Shown here one piece after another: positions 36,179 through 47,622 of a stretch of DNA of 64,000 nucleotides (its first letter is position 1; every line of letters starts with the position of its first letter). The position numbers and the translations under genes are program-made. Below the pieces are notes generated by a model. That model had not been told where the DNA came from, did no database searches, and saw nothing but the letters and a program-made list of their open reading frames with translations. Source of the stretch: Octopus bimaculoides (lineage: Eukaryota); assembly GCF_001194135.2 (NCBI RefSeq), contig NC_068991.1, positions 26,777,647-26,841,646 on the forward strand, given 5' to 3'.

Positions 36179-37660
36179 AATAACAAACAAGATGAGGACA
36201 AATATCCGTCAAGTGTAAATAATGTAAATAATGTATATAGTATTATATATCCATCGTGGCTGAATCTGTTTCCCGCTGGGGTACATCAGCGTGTTAGGTA
36301 ACAATCCGATTATATAACCCTACGCTCATCAGAAGTACCCATTTTTAAAGAAATATGTTAACTACTCTCTATTGTTGGAGGTGAAATGACACATCCGGTT
36401 TGCGGTCGTTGTGGGAAAATGATGAAATGAACCGAGTAGGGGATTTAGTTAAGAGTTATGTCCTTTGGTACCGAGTCAATGTCACTGGGTTGGTTTTGCT
36501 GTAGGTCGGTAAGAGATATTAGGAAATGTTTTCGGGAATTGTGTGCCTCTTTTAGGTTGGTGTTTTTGTGGAAGTGGGGTATGTGCAGTGGTACTGTACG
36601 TATAACTTTTGCAGGGAGTGTAGGCATCCATTACTGTGTTCGCTAGTATGTTTTCTTTCTCAGTTGGTTATATATATTGAAAATAGATCTGCTAGGTGCG
36701 TGATACACCGATATTGTCGTGGTCCTTTATAATATTCATGTTAAATATCTTCTACTGTGGGATCCTGCAAAATTGTCTGTGATCCATATTGTTCTATAAC
36801 GTAATGCAAACAGCACATTTATTACAAAAAAAAAAAAAAAGAAAAATGAACATGAAGCACGAATTTGTTACATGGGAGTGGCAAGGAAACTAACAAAATC
36901 TGAGCGGATATATACCTACTGGCAAGTTTCATCTCAATATTGTATGTTCAAAACGAATATTTTACAAATAGATTACTCGGAGAAACTATATATATATCGA
37001 AGTGAGAAAAGGAAAGAGACAGAAATATCTTATAAAGAATATACCACATCATACCCTGACCGGCAAGCATTGCTTAGGCCTTCGTGCAGATCAACATATT
37101 ATCATTCAGATTATGTCGGAAAGGGCTAATACCATCTGACCAATGAGTATTGCTCAGTAAAGAGAACAACGCCTAAGAGATTATAACATATGCTTGAAAC
37201 AATTTATATGAGACATCGGGTATATATATTCAAATATGAATTAGAAGCAGCTCGATGGATATAAACGATATCGAACACAACATACGTTGTATATGTGTTC
37301 GATATTGTTTATACATAGATGTATGCAAATATATGTTGCATGTGTGTGCGTATGTGTGTGCGTATGTGTGTGTGTATGAGTGTATGTGTTTGTGTGTGTG
37401 CCTGTGTGTGAGAGAGAGAGAGAGAGAACGAGAGAGCGTATGTAACATGGAAACTCTGCTAGATTTTTCCCTTTCATCTGCCTCTGACAACACAGTTCCT
37501 ACCATATTTCGTGGTTATAAATTGGTCTCTGAATAAGTAAAAGCATAGTTATACGTAAATAGATACAATATGCATAAAAAGACACGTATGTGTGTGTGTG
37601 TGTGTGTGTCTGTGTCTGTGTGTATGTGTGTGTGTATGTGTGTGTGTGGGGGGGGGTGTA

Positions 37661-37958
37661 ATGAAGGCGCATAGCTTAGTGGTTAGGTCATTCGGCTCAC
37701 GATATAATTTCGTGCGGTCAATTCACAGCAGCACGTTGTATCCTTGAGCAAGACACTTTATTTCCCGTTGTTCCAGTCCATTCGACCAGCAAAATGCGTA
37801 GTATCCCTATTTGAAAGGGTCAGTTCTCCTCAGAACAGCGTTAAGAGTATACATGTCTGTGGAGTGCCTAGTTACTTGCACATTAATTTCACGAGCAGGC
37901 TGTTACGTTGATCAGATCAACAGAAACCTAGTCGTCGTAACCCACGGAATGCCACCAC
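37661..37958 (+). mobile_element. tRNA-derived SINE (family C-related)
   Basis: A box TAGCTTAGTGG, TCCTTGAGCAAGACACTT, and a 3' domain GTGGAGTGC...TAATTTCACGAGCAGGCTGTT shared with 56420-56740. Confidence 0.8.
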
Positions 37959-38995
37959 CATATAGATAGATATACAGATGCATAACAACATACATACAAA
38001 CACATATTTGTGTGCTTGTGTGTGTATTCGTTTTATCAAATATCAGATCAAGGCATTCAGCATGCGACAGATAATTCTACATTATTCTTTATTAATATGT
38101 CGACATGTGCACTGTAATTTCATTGCTATTCTGAAGTAATTTTGTTTTCTCTCTATTTCTCTTTGGAAAATGAAAAACAAAACAGCTATTTTTCATTATA
38201 AAGTATATAATTGTGATTGACATCTACAGACACTAAAGTCTACAAGAATATATATATATNNNNNNNNNNNNNNNNNNNNNNNNNNNNNNNNNNNNNNNNN
38301 NNNNNNNNNNNNNNNNNNNNNNNNNNNNNNNNNNNNNNNNNNNNNNNNNAAATTAACAAAAAATAAAAGCAAATCTTGTGAAAGAAAACCATAAATATAT
38401 ATATAAGAACGCATCAGAAAATTTGCTTGATGTTGCATTTGAAAACAATTAGGATTTTGACAGACAAAAATCTGATTGAAATATTTTGTGTTGATAAAAG
38501 CCGAGACATTGAATCCAAATAATAGTTTTATATATAATTGTGTCTATAAGCGTAATTACGTTTTCTATACAGCTATCAGAGATGGCGTAACCAGTTGAAT
38601 TCCATATCCATTAAATGGTGATGTAGACATATTTATTCGAAGAATATGCCTTGTTTGATTGTTAGGCCATCTATATATTTAGCTAGGTATACTAGACAAA
38701 GTTGCATGCAAAAATCGAACCTGTTTCAAGAAGTTTCATATAAATCACATAATTTATGCTGTTCATTAAGATAATTTCTAGATCCTTAGCAAGATTAAAG
38801 AAAGTCACCGAGCAGAACAACGAAAACTTATTTACTTTAGTCCAGAAATTTGTGGGATCAAATGTATATCTCAATATGTACGCGTATAGTATTCAGAAGT
38901 AATTGCAATCATGCTGTGTTTTATACATCCTTTACAAAAAGTATATATATATATATATATATATTATATTGAATTATGTTATATATATGATATAT

Positions 38996-39410
38996 AGGCG
39001 CAGGACTGGCTGTGTCATAAGTACTTTGCTTACCAACGACATGGTCCCGGTTTTAGTCCCACTGCGTGGCACCTTGGGTAAGTGTCTTCTACTATAGCCG
39101 CGGGCCGACCAAAGCCTTGTGAGTGTATTTGATAGAAGGGAACTGAAAGAAGCCTGTCGTATGTGTGTGTGTGTGTGTGCGCGCGCGCGTCTGGTTGTGT
39201 CTGTTTTTGCCCCCTCTGCTACCCCATCGCTTGACAACCGATCTTGGTGTGTTTACGTCCCGTAACTTAGCATTTTGTCAAAAGAGACCGATAGAATAAG
39301 TTCTAGGCTTACAAAGAATAAATCCTGGAGTTGATTTGTTCGACTAAAGGCGGTGCTCCAGCATGGCCGCAGTCAAATGACTGAAACAAATAAAAGAGTA
39401 AAAGTAAAGA
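38996..39410 (+). mobile_element. tRNA-derived SINE (family A, octopus-type), full length
   Basis: GGCGCAGGACTGGCTGTGTC...GGTTTTAGTCCCACTGCGTGGCACCTTGGG...(TG)n...GGCGGTGCTCCAGCATGGCCGCAGTCAAATGACTGAAAC + TAAAAGAG tail. Confidence 0.92.
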
Positions 39411-40920
39411 ATATATCTTGATGTGTCTTGAGAGGGTTATTAAGTCAAGAATAATAAACACACGCACTGGTTGAATATCACAACTTCTTAGCTATGTACC
39501 GACTAACTAATCGATCGTTTGTTTACTATGTTGGTGAGAGAATCACTCAGGTTGTTACTCACAGTCCTTCCGTCTCCATTCGCCACTGCTGTAATGCGTG
39601 AGTGTGTTACCCCTTCTACTCCCACCCCGCTTTCTGCCTGTTCCAGAATTGCACTTATGCCTCTGTGTATGTATGCTTGTATTGATGTGTTTGCATAGAA
39701 GAAGAGGTAAGCGTGAGAAGAAAATGAAGAGTTTATGTTTGTGGGTGTACGTGCGTGTGTGTCTGTGTGATTGTGTGAGTGTTTGCTTATGTGAGTTCAT
39801 TCCCAGTTGTGTGGGTGCGTACAACGTGACCGTTGTTAGAATAGGTAAACGTCCGTAGGTATTATTGCGCGTGTGCGTTCATGTGTATTCCTGCGTATGT
39901 TTGCGTGGGTGCCTATGTTCGCATGTGCCAGTACATGTTTGTGTGTGTATGTGTGGTGAGTGTATGTGTGTGTAAATGTATGTGTGGTTATGTGTCCTAC
40001 TGTTCCTGTGTGTGAGGTATACGTGTGCGTATGTGTGTGTATGGCTATGTATATTTACACGTGCGTGTGGATGTGTATGTTTGTATATTGGATTGTCATA
40101 CATACCGGGATGTATGTATTTGTATGAATTTCCTTGTTTCCTGCTGTCGTTCTACTCCTACCTTATCTGTACTACCCAGCCTACATGCGTAGATATGTAT
40201 GGACGGTGTATTAGAATTGTATATATTTTCATGTATTTATTTTATGGATTTATGTGCATCTTGCAGTTGTTCTAGCCCTGCCCTTTATATACTCGCCTAT
40301 ACCACTACATACACACCTACTCGCCCATACGGACGCACACATGCAGCATATTCCATGGGCAGTAACTCTCACGATATAGTTCTAGTAACCACCATATTTA
40401 TTTTATCTTCGGTGTTTGTAATGTCTCAATTATGAGAACAGGCTCGCTATTTTTAGAAGGAAAAACAGCTGCTACATTGAGTTAATTATTAAAATTCAGG
40501 TCGCAGTTTTCGTTGAAAGCTTATCAAATAATCTTTTTCATATTTTACTTAATAAAATGTTTATTTGAATAGTATATTTTCTACTCTGCAAAAAGCCTAT
40601 TTATTGTGTAAAACATTTGCATTTAATTAGATGACATCTCCGCAAACAATGTTTCTTGACAAGATCCTGTTTCCATTATGATATATCTTTCTGAATGATT
40701 TGAAGTAAATTGTTAATTATAGCGGCTTCAATAACCACATAAAAGCACCCATTTTGTGAATATATGTGTTTAAGGTAGTAATATTTGTGCAAAATGTTGA
40801 GTGCCAAAAGGACAATTTTAAATGAAATTTTGGTCAACGATATAAACATAACTTTTCACCGGGAATGCAAATTGAACAAAAAGTGTAAAAAAATAAAAAG
40901 TAAGGTATAATTTGAAAATG

Positions 40921-41020
40921 TGGAGGCGCAATGGCCCAGTGGTTAGGGCAGCGGACTCGTGGTCGGAGGATCGCGGTTTCGATTCCCAGACCGGGCGTTG
41001 TGTGTGTTTCTTGAGCGAAA
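40921..41020 (+). mobile_element. tRNA(Arg)-like SINE head (family C), truncated
   Basis: A box TGGCCCAGTGG, B box GGTTTCGATTCC, TCG in the anticodon position; homologous to the head of 56420-56740. Confidence 0.88.
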
Positions 41021-41089
41021 TTGATGAGGACATTTGTAGCAGCACTTTGAGCACACCCTCGTAAACATTTGCTTGTCACAGCTATCTAG

Positions 41090-41775
41090 TCTGCAGAATA
41101 CAGCAAGGACGTTTTGAAATACACCATGAAATAAAGTTTTGTGTTAAACTGAGAAAAACTTGCCTTAGAAACGTATGAAATTCTCCAGACTGCTTTTGGT
41201 TTAAAGTTTTCGCCGGCACAAGAGATATAAGGACCGTTGAAAGAAGGTAAGAGACGATAAGAGGTGTGAAGACGATCGCCAGAACATCAGAGCTGTTTGA
41301 GGAAATTCGCAATTTTCTGGATGAAGAGAAACGTGTGTCTGTAAAACGAATAACCGTACAGGTTCGAGTTGGTGTAGCAACTGTACAGTAAATTGTTGAA
41401 GACCTGAACATGCGCAAAATTTATGATGTGTACAGTAACGAGCATCCTGGTAGTCAAGTAATTGACAGAGATAGCCATCAAATCTTAGACCTTGCTCCCT
41501 CTGGCTTTTTATTGTTTCCCAAGCGGAAGGAGAACCTCAGGAGCAGTCGTCTTGATGATATTGTGAAGATGAAGGAAGCTGTGCCAAGGTTCCTGGATAC
41601 CTTCATTTTACCCTTTAATTGGAGGACCTCCAAAGAGCTTCCAGAAAGTGGCTGAAGCACCACAAGTGCATTGATGACAGATGTTCCTACTTTGAGGGGA
41701 GATTTTTGCTTCTTTGATGTTTTATAAATGTCTCTTCTGAAAACGTTTTTAAACTTCTGGAACGTATCTTTTAGT
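41090..41775 (+). mobile_element. mariner (irritans-like) fragment with internal deletion
   Basis: IKFCVKL..ETYEILQTAFG, EDLNMRKI, DLAPSGFLLFPKRKENL and SYFEGD. Confidence 0.7.
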
Positions 41776-41899
41776 TCGCTAGTATGACAAATACCTTTCT
41801 TCGAATTTCGCTCCTAGATCATAATACACAGTTTGGTTAGCTAGGTATGAATGCAAATCAGGAAACTTGCTCCGGAAATATGATTTTATATATTTATCC

Positions 41900-41954
41900 A
41901 TTCTCCAAGTATCAAAAGAGAAATAATAGTGGAATTTAAATAATTCTCCAAGTA
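41900..41954. other. 31-bp insertion flanked by a 12-bp direct repeat
   Basis: ATTCTCCAAGTA at 41900-41911 and 41943-41954; 41914-41944 is identical to 42958-42988. Confidence 0.85.
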
Positions 41955-42206
41955 CAGCGAGGCATGGTCCTACTTTGGAAAGCGAACATAAGTTTTTAAC
42001 TCGAAGATGTTGCATGTAGAAAATATGTATAGGAAGATTCCACTAACTCCAGCGAATGGATCGACACACTTAGACAGAATTACACAGGTATGTATTAAAG
42101 TGTGCATGTCTGTATGTATAAACACACATACATACACACATACACACACATATATTCATATATATGTATATATATGCATATACATATTTCTGTATATGTG
42201 TGCATA

Positions 42207-42245
<39 letters not shown>

Positions 42246-42413
42246 CCAAGAGAGTTAAAGGTTGTGAATCCAACCGACTAAGGGATAATATCTATCCAAT
42301 ATACTGCTGGTAGAATACCCAATTATTAATACACAAGTGTTTTTTCATTGAAATTACACTACTGAATGTAATAAATGGGTGACGGTAAAAAGTTGTTTTA
42401 CCCTTAATTCATA

Positions 42414-43054
42414 CGGCAATAAGAAAATGGAGGGGACCAAGAGGTGGTATTCGTCAACTTTTAGACATTATATTATGTCAATTTATTTATTTAAACAAAA
42501 AATAAACAATTATAACAATATACATACATGTATAAAATATTATGCCTTACATATTTAATAATACCAGAGATTATTAAAATAATTAACGTAGAAAATAGAA
42601 AATGTAATAGTTTCTTACAGCTGTTTCAGCCAAGATGTCATAGTACCTCACTTTAATTCCATCCCTTCAGTGCACTGAAGTATTTGGTAGATATGATTAA
42701 GGTACTTGAGTGTGCCTTTGGGCTTCGTCAGAGAGTTTAGAAAGTTCATAGGGTAAGTTATAAATATAAATGCATACATATATACGCACTTTTACATATA
42801 CATACATATACATACATATACATAAATATACATAAATACATATCTATATATTTATATATATATATGCATACAAAGGAATTAATTCTTCTTATTGTTATTA
42901 GGTGTATTATATGATACTTATTGCATAACTTATAAACAGAGGAAGGAGAAAATTATAAAAAGAGAAATAATAGTGGAATTTAAATAATCAATCTATCTTA
43001 AGATGATTGTAGTTATGTAGGAATGAAAAGGTATATAAATGAGGAATACACACA

Positions 43055-43086
<32 letters not shown>

Positions 43087-43096
43087 NNNNNNNNNN

Positions 43097-43146
<50 letters not shown>

Positions 43147-43613
43147 TACATATATATATTTATGTACAAGTATACCCTTTCATACATACATATTTCATGT
43201 GTTGAGAAGGGATGATTACTGTAGTAGGTCGTATTTGTCTTTTTATATAATTATAATAATTATAAACAAACATATATATACGTATAAACATGCGATATGT
43301 TTTCTATTGAGGACGTGAGATAAAAGTCCACAATAAGTTTATATTAATACCTGTTATATTAGTCGGTACTGAAAGTAATAAATTTCCGGGTATTAATTAT
43401 TTTCCGTTACTTTTTGAAAGAAACTATTCTACTGTCTATGTTCTACGTTTTATATTTTAATAATTACTGGTATTTCTATATATGTAAAGCATAATACGCT
43501 ATACATGTATGTATATTGTAATAATTGTTTTTTTTTAATAAATAACTAGACATTGTATAATATCTAAAAGTTGATGAATACCACCTCTTGATCCCCTCCA
43601 TTTTCTTATTGCC

Positions 43614-43614
<1 letters not shown>
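42414..43614. mobile_element. 1.2-kb element with ~200-bp inverted arms (PLE with inverted pseudo-LTR, or MITE)
   Basis: 42414-42615 is the reverse complement of 43419-43614 (roughly 80% identical by eye), with TA outside both ends and an HHR immediately inside the left arm. Confidence 0.8.
42609..42736 (-). ncRNA. type-I hammerhead ribozyme with intact core and extended stem II
   Basis: TCT-CTGACGA-AGCC...GGCT-GAAAC-AGCT-GT-A|AGA. Stem III is the palindrome ACAGCTGT (42617-42624), the triplet is GUA, and stem II is capped by the perfect palindrome CTTCAGTGCACTGAAG (42665-42680). Confidence 0.75.

Positions 43615-43672
<58 letters not shown>
43615..43672. repeat. (TA)n microsatellite
   Basis: Direct reading. 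Confidence 0.95.
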
Positions 43673-43675
<3 letters not shown>

Positions 43676-44490
43676 TTATATACATATTCTTGTGTGCATT
43701 ACGTGCATGCGTATATATATATATGTAATATGTGTGTGGGTTGGGTGTATCCGTGCGCATAAATCACTTCATCATATTATATCTATGAAATTTAACTCGT
43801 TTCCTTTGGTAGTTTGTAGGTGGGATGCAGCGGATGTTGATTGCATATATGATAAATGATATCAATACAATATGTGCATATTATAGATTTTTGAACGAAA
43901 AGTGTTTTATTTCGTGGAATTGGACTTTTCTGGGCTTTTCAACTTTTACTATAGGAGAACATATTCAATAAATCACTATGTAATTCGAAAATTGGTGACA
44001 CGTTGGCAATATGTATTTTGATGTTATAAGATATGAAATGGCAAGAATAAAACATAAAATTGAATAATAATAATAATAAACGTAATAACAATAAACTGAA
44101 TGAGAAAAAATAAGACAGGCAGTCAAGATAGTTGCGTAATATGTAGAAACATTCTTGCTATAAAACTTGATCTTTTCTTTCAGCAACAAAACAGCTCGAA
44201 AATATATGAGGACGTGAGAAATGAAAACAACATAGCCCTTCCTTCGTGATCATAATAGCGTTGATCGGTACATATCTGGTTATCAATCATATTCACTTCA
44301 TTTATTCCAGCTTACGTAGATATGTGGATGCATATACTCATGTACACACACACACTCACACACACAAGCACACATACATACATGTATGCATGTATACATC
44401 GATACATAGGCGCATACATAGATACATATATATATATATATATTTGTACGTATGCATGTATGTATATATGTATATATATATACTTATATA

Positions 44491-44523
<33 letters not shown>

Positions 44524-45192
44524 NNNNNNNNNNNNNNNNNNNNNNNNNNNNNNNNNNNNNNNNNNNNNNNNNNNNNNNNNNNNNNNNNNNNNNNNNNNNN
44601 NNNNNNNNNNNNNNNNNNNNNNNNNNNNNNNNNNNNNNNNNNNNNNNNNNNNNNNNNNNNNNNNNNNNNNNNNNNNNNNNNNNNNNNNNNNNNNNNNNNN
44701 NNNNNNNNNNNNNNNNNNNNNNNNNNNNNNNNNNNNNNNNNNNNNNNNNNNNNNNNNNNNNNNNNNNNNNNNNNNNNNNNNNNNNNNNNNNNNNNNNNNN
44801 NNNNNNNNNNNNNNNNNNNNNNNNNNNNNNNNNNNNNNNNNNNNNNNNNNNNNNNNNNNNNNNNNNNNNNNNNNNNNNNNNNNNNNNNNNNNNNNNNNNN
44901 NNNNNNNNNNNNNNNNNNNNNNNNNNNNNNNNNNNNNNNNNNNNNNNNNNNNNNNNNNNNNNNNNNNNNNNNNNNNNNNNNNNNNNNNNNNNNNNNNNNN
45001 NNNNNNNNNNNNNNNNNNNNNNNNNNNNNNNNNNNNNNNNNNNNNNNNNNNNNNNNNNNNNNNNNNNNNNNNNNNNNNNNNNNNNNNNNNNNNNNNNNNN
45101 NNNNNNNNNNNNNNNNNNNNNNNNNNNNNNNNNNNNNNNNNNNNNNNNNNNNNNNNNNNNNNNNNNNNNNNNNNNNNNNNNNNNNNNNNNNN

Positions 45193-45226
<34 letters not shown>

Positions 45227-45535
45227 TATATATATGCATAACACGCACACAGAATTGCACACACATACATGTATGTAATATGATATTCAGTACATTTCCT
45301 CACGTTCAACGTAAAACGGTAGATCAGTGAACGTGAACACATAACGTCACAACTGCAATGTACTCAAGAACAAACTGAAGTTAATATGGGTAAAGAGAAG
45401 AATAATCCAGTAAGGATTCTTCAAGGGAATAAATCGCCCCCAAAAGTAAATAATCAATGCAGATGATTGTGTATTTGCATTTGTGTGTGTGTGTGTGTGC
45501 GTGTGTGTGTGTGCGCGTGTATGTGTGTGTGTGTG

Positions 45536-45566
<31 letters not shown>

Positions 45567-45797
45567 TGGGAACATATGAATACCCGTGGCAGTGAGAATG
45601 AAAGAGAGAGTACGCAAGTGTGTGAGGGAGGTGAAAGAGAGGAGACAAATACTATACGCGTGTGATTCCGTTTATATATAATATTAGCTACGGAAGTTGA
45701 TTTTGTACCTGATATTATTCAGCATACCCAACCACAGTGGGTTCTGATCAGAGATGTGTTCATCAATTTGACTAATTCCAGAGAAATAAACCGTTAA

Positions 45798-45828
<31 letters not shown>

Positions 45829-45883
45829 TGATATTAATTTAGCGGGGAGAATATTTGAACAAATTTAGGGTATTCAGACGGGT

Positions 45884-46086
45884 GGTACCTGCATCCCTAT
45901 ATCAGGAGATATCTATTAACTTTCATGACAAATTAGTTTCCTTAATGAATTTTACAAAAGGTAATAAAACGGGTTAAGTCAAAGAACTAAGCGGTTGCCA
46001 CATATATATCAATGATATTTTTATTCCCTGCTTCCCAACCATATGGTTCTCGGTTCAGTTGCACTGCGTAACAACTGTCTTCTACA
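45884..46086 (+). repeat. 203-bp direct repeat, copy 1 (copy 2 at 47420-47622)
   Basis: 10 mismatches in 203 bp by manual comparison. Confidence 0.92.
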
Positions 46087-46155
46087 ATAGCCTTGGGCTG
46101 ACCAATGACTTGTGAAGGGATTTGATGGACAAAAACTGAATGAAGCCCGTCGTAG

Positions 46156-46189
<34 letters not shown>

Positions 46190-46198
46190 ATGTATACA

Positions 46199-46247
<49 letters not shown>

Positions 46248-46470
46248 TGTGTGTGTGTGTCTTAGTGCCTGTGTTTGTCACTCACCGCCGCTTGACAACC
46301 GGTGTTGATGTGTTTAAGTCCGCGTAACACAGCGGCTCGGCAAAATTGATTGATACAATAAATACGACGCTTTAAAAAATATTAAGTACTGGAGTCGATT
46401 CGACTTCAAATACTACAAAGCGGCACCCCTGTATGAACGTAGTCAAATGATTCAAAGTTAAGGTAAAAGA
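46028..46470 (+). mobile_element. tRNA-derived SINE (family A), decayed
   Basis: GCTTCCCAACCATATGGTTCTCGGTTCAG...GAAGCCCGTCG...(CA)/(TG)...GCTTGACAACCGGTGTTG...GTCAAATGA. Confidence 0.85.
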
Positions 46471-47419
46471 AATAACTACAATACTTCTGAACATTTGTTT
46501 GGCAAAATACATCTGGAAGATCTCGAAGTCAAGACAAACAGAGACTGGATAGATGAAGTTAACTATTTTGATGTTAAGATAGTTTGTGAAAGTAAAAATT
46601 ATGTAACTATTACTTACAATTCAACTGATAACATTAAATTTTGTATGACATGCATCCTTGCTCTGTTCACTGAGTAGATATCCACGAGTATGTTGTTACG
46701 TGTTTTCCAGTCAAGTTATCAAATAATGTAGAATTATAACTTAGGTTGATGTGTTTTCGGAAGAAAAAATCAAGAAGTTTTATGATGCATACGGAAAAGA
46801 AGCACACTGTTAATTAAAGAAGAAAAGAAGAAGAATTTTAATTAAATGATCTAAACGTCTGGGGGAGGGGGGATTAATATATTTGGAGACAATTCGAAGT
46901 AATTTCCAGAATATGAATTTGTATAGATTTGCAGACTGTTGAGTTTTAATTAGTGTTTAATATAATGCCATTGGTTTACAGTTTGTGGGTAAGTTGTCAT
47001 ATATTATTGAGCATTATTATCTTTTCCGTTAGAGATTTATTATCGACTTCTGCTCATAGATTACAAACGATCTTTTGGTGGAGACAGTGAGTAAATGAAG
47101 CGGTAAGTGTTTGCTTTCGTTATTTCTTCGCATCACCTCTCTGCTAATATTATGAATATTTCAATACGATTCGTTTCAGTCAATGTCAGATTTAATATAT
47201 GAATTTAGCTAGAAATATTTCTTTTAAAATTTCATGTTTTATGTATGCTATTGAGTATTGTCTTTACGATTTGGGTATTGTAACCAATTTTATATTCCAT
47301 GCTATGTACGTCGAGTTATTTGTTTAAATATATTTCCTCTAATTAAGGCTTGCATTTAATAAATATTGGTCCGCATTGGTTTATGCACATCTATTGTTTT
47401 AAGACAAGATATATAAACA

Positions 47420-47622
47420 GGTACCTGCATCCCTATATCTGGAGATATCTATTAATTTTCATGACAAATTAGTTTCCTTAATGAATTTTACAAAAGGTAA
47501 CAAAATGGGTTAAGTCAAAGAACTAAGTGGTTGCAACAGATATATCGATGATATTTTTATTCCCTGCTTCCCAACCACATGGTTCTCGGCTCAGTTGCAC
47601 TGCGTAACAACTGTCTTCTACA
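47420..47622 (+). repeat. 203-bp direct repeat, copy 2
   Basis: See 45884-46086. Confidence 0.92.

Larger units (their letters stand above)
35884..36236 (+). mobile_element. second, 5'-truncated copy of the tRNA-(AAT)n-HHR unit, inverted relative to the first
   Basis: CCGAGTTCGATTCCAAGCAGTGACCTG + (AAT)n + (AAG)n + tail 36095-36236 matching the reverse complement of 35144-35275; ends in TGTAAATAA repeats. Confidence 0.75.

Noticed and set aside
36445-36646. Possible PLE thumb/linker fragment
   Set aside because: Only a faint ISYR motif; not distinguishable from chance.
36872-37129. MGVARKLTKSERI resembling a Tc1/Tc3 N-terminus
   Set aside because: No TIR or catalytic motifs found nearby.
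40921-40995. Possible genuine tRNA-Arg gene
   Set aside because: It continues into SINE body sequence identical in type to 56420-56740, has no clean acceptor stem and no T-run terminator.
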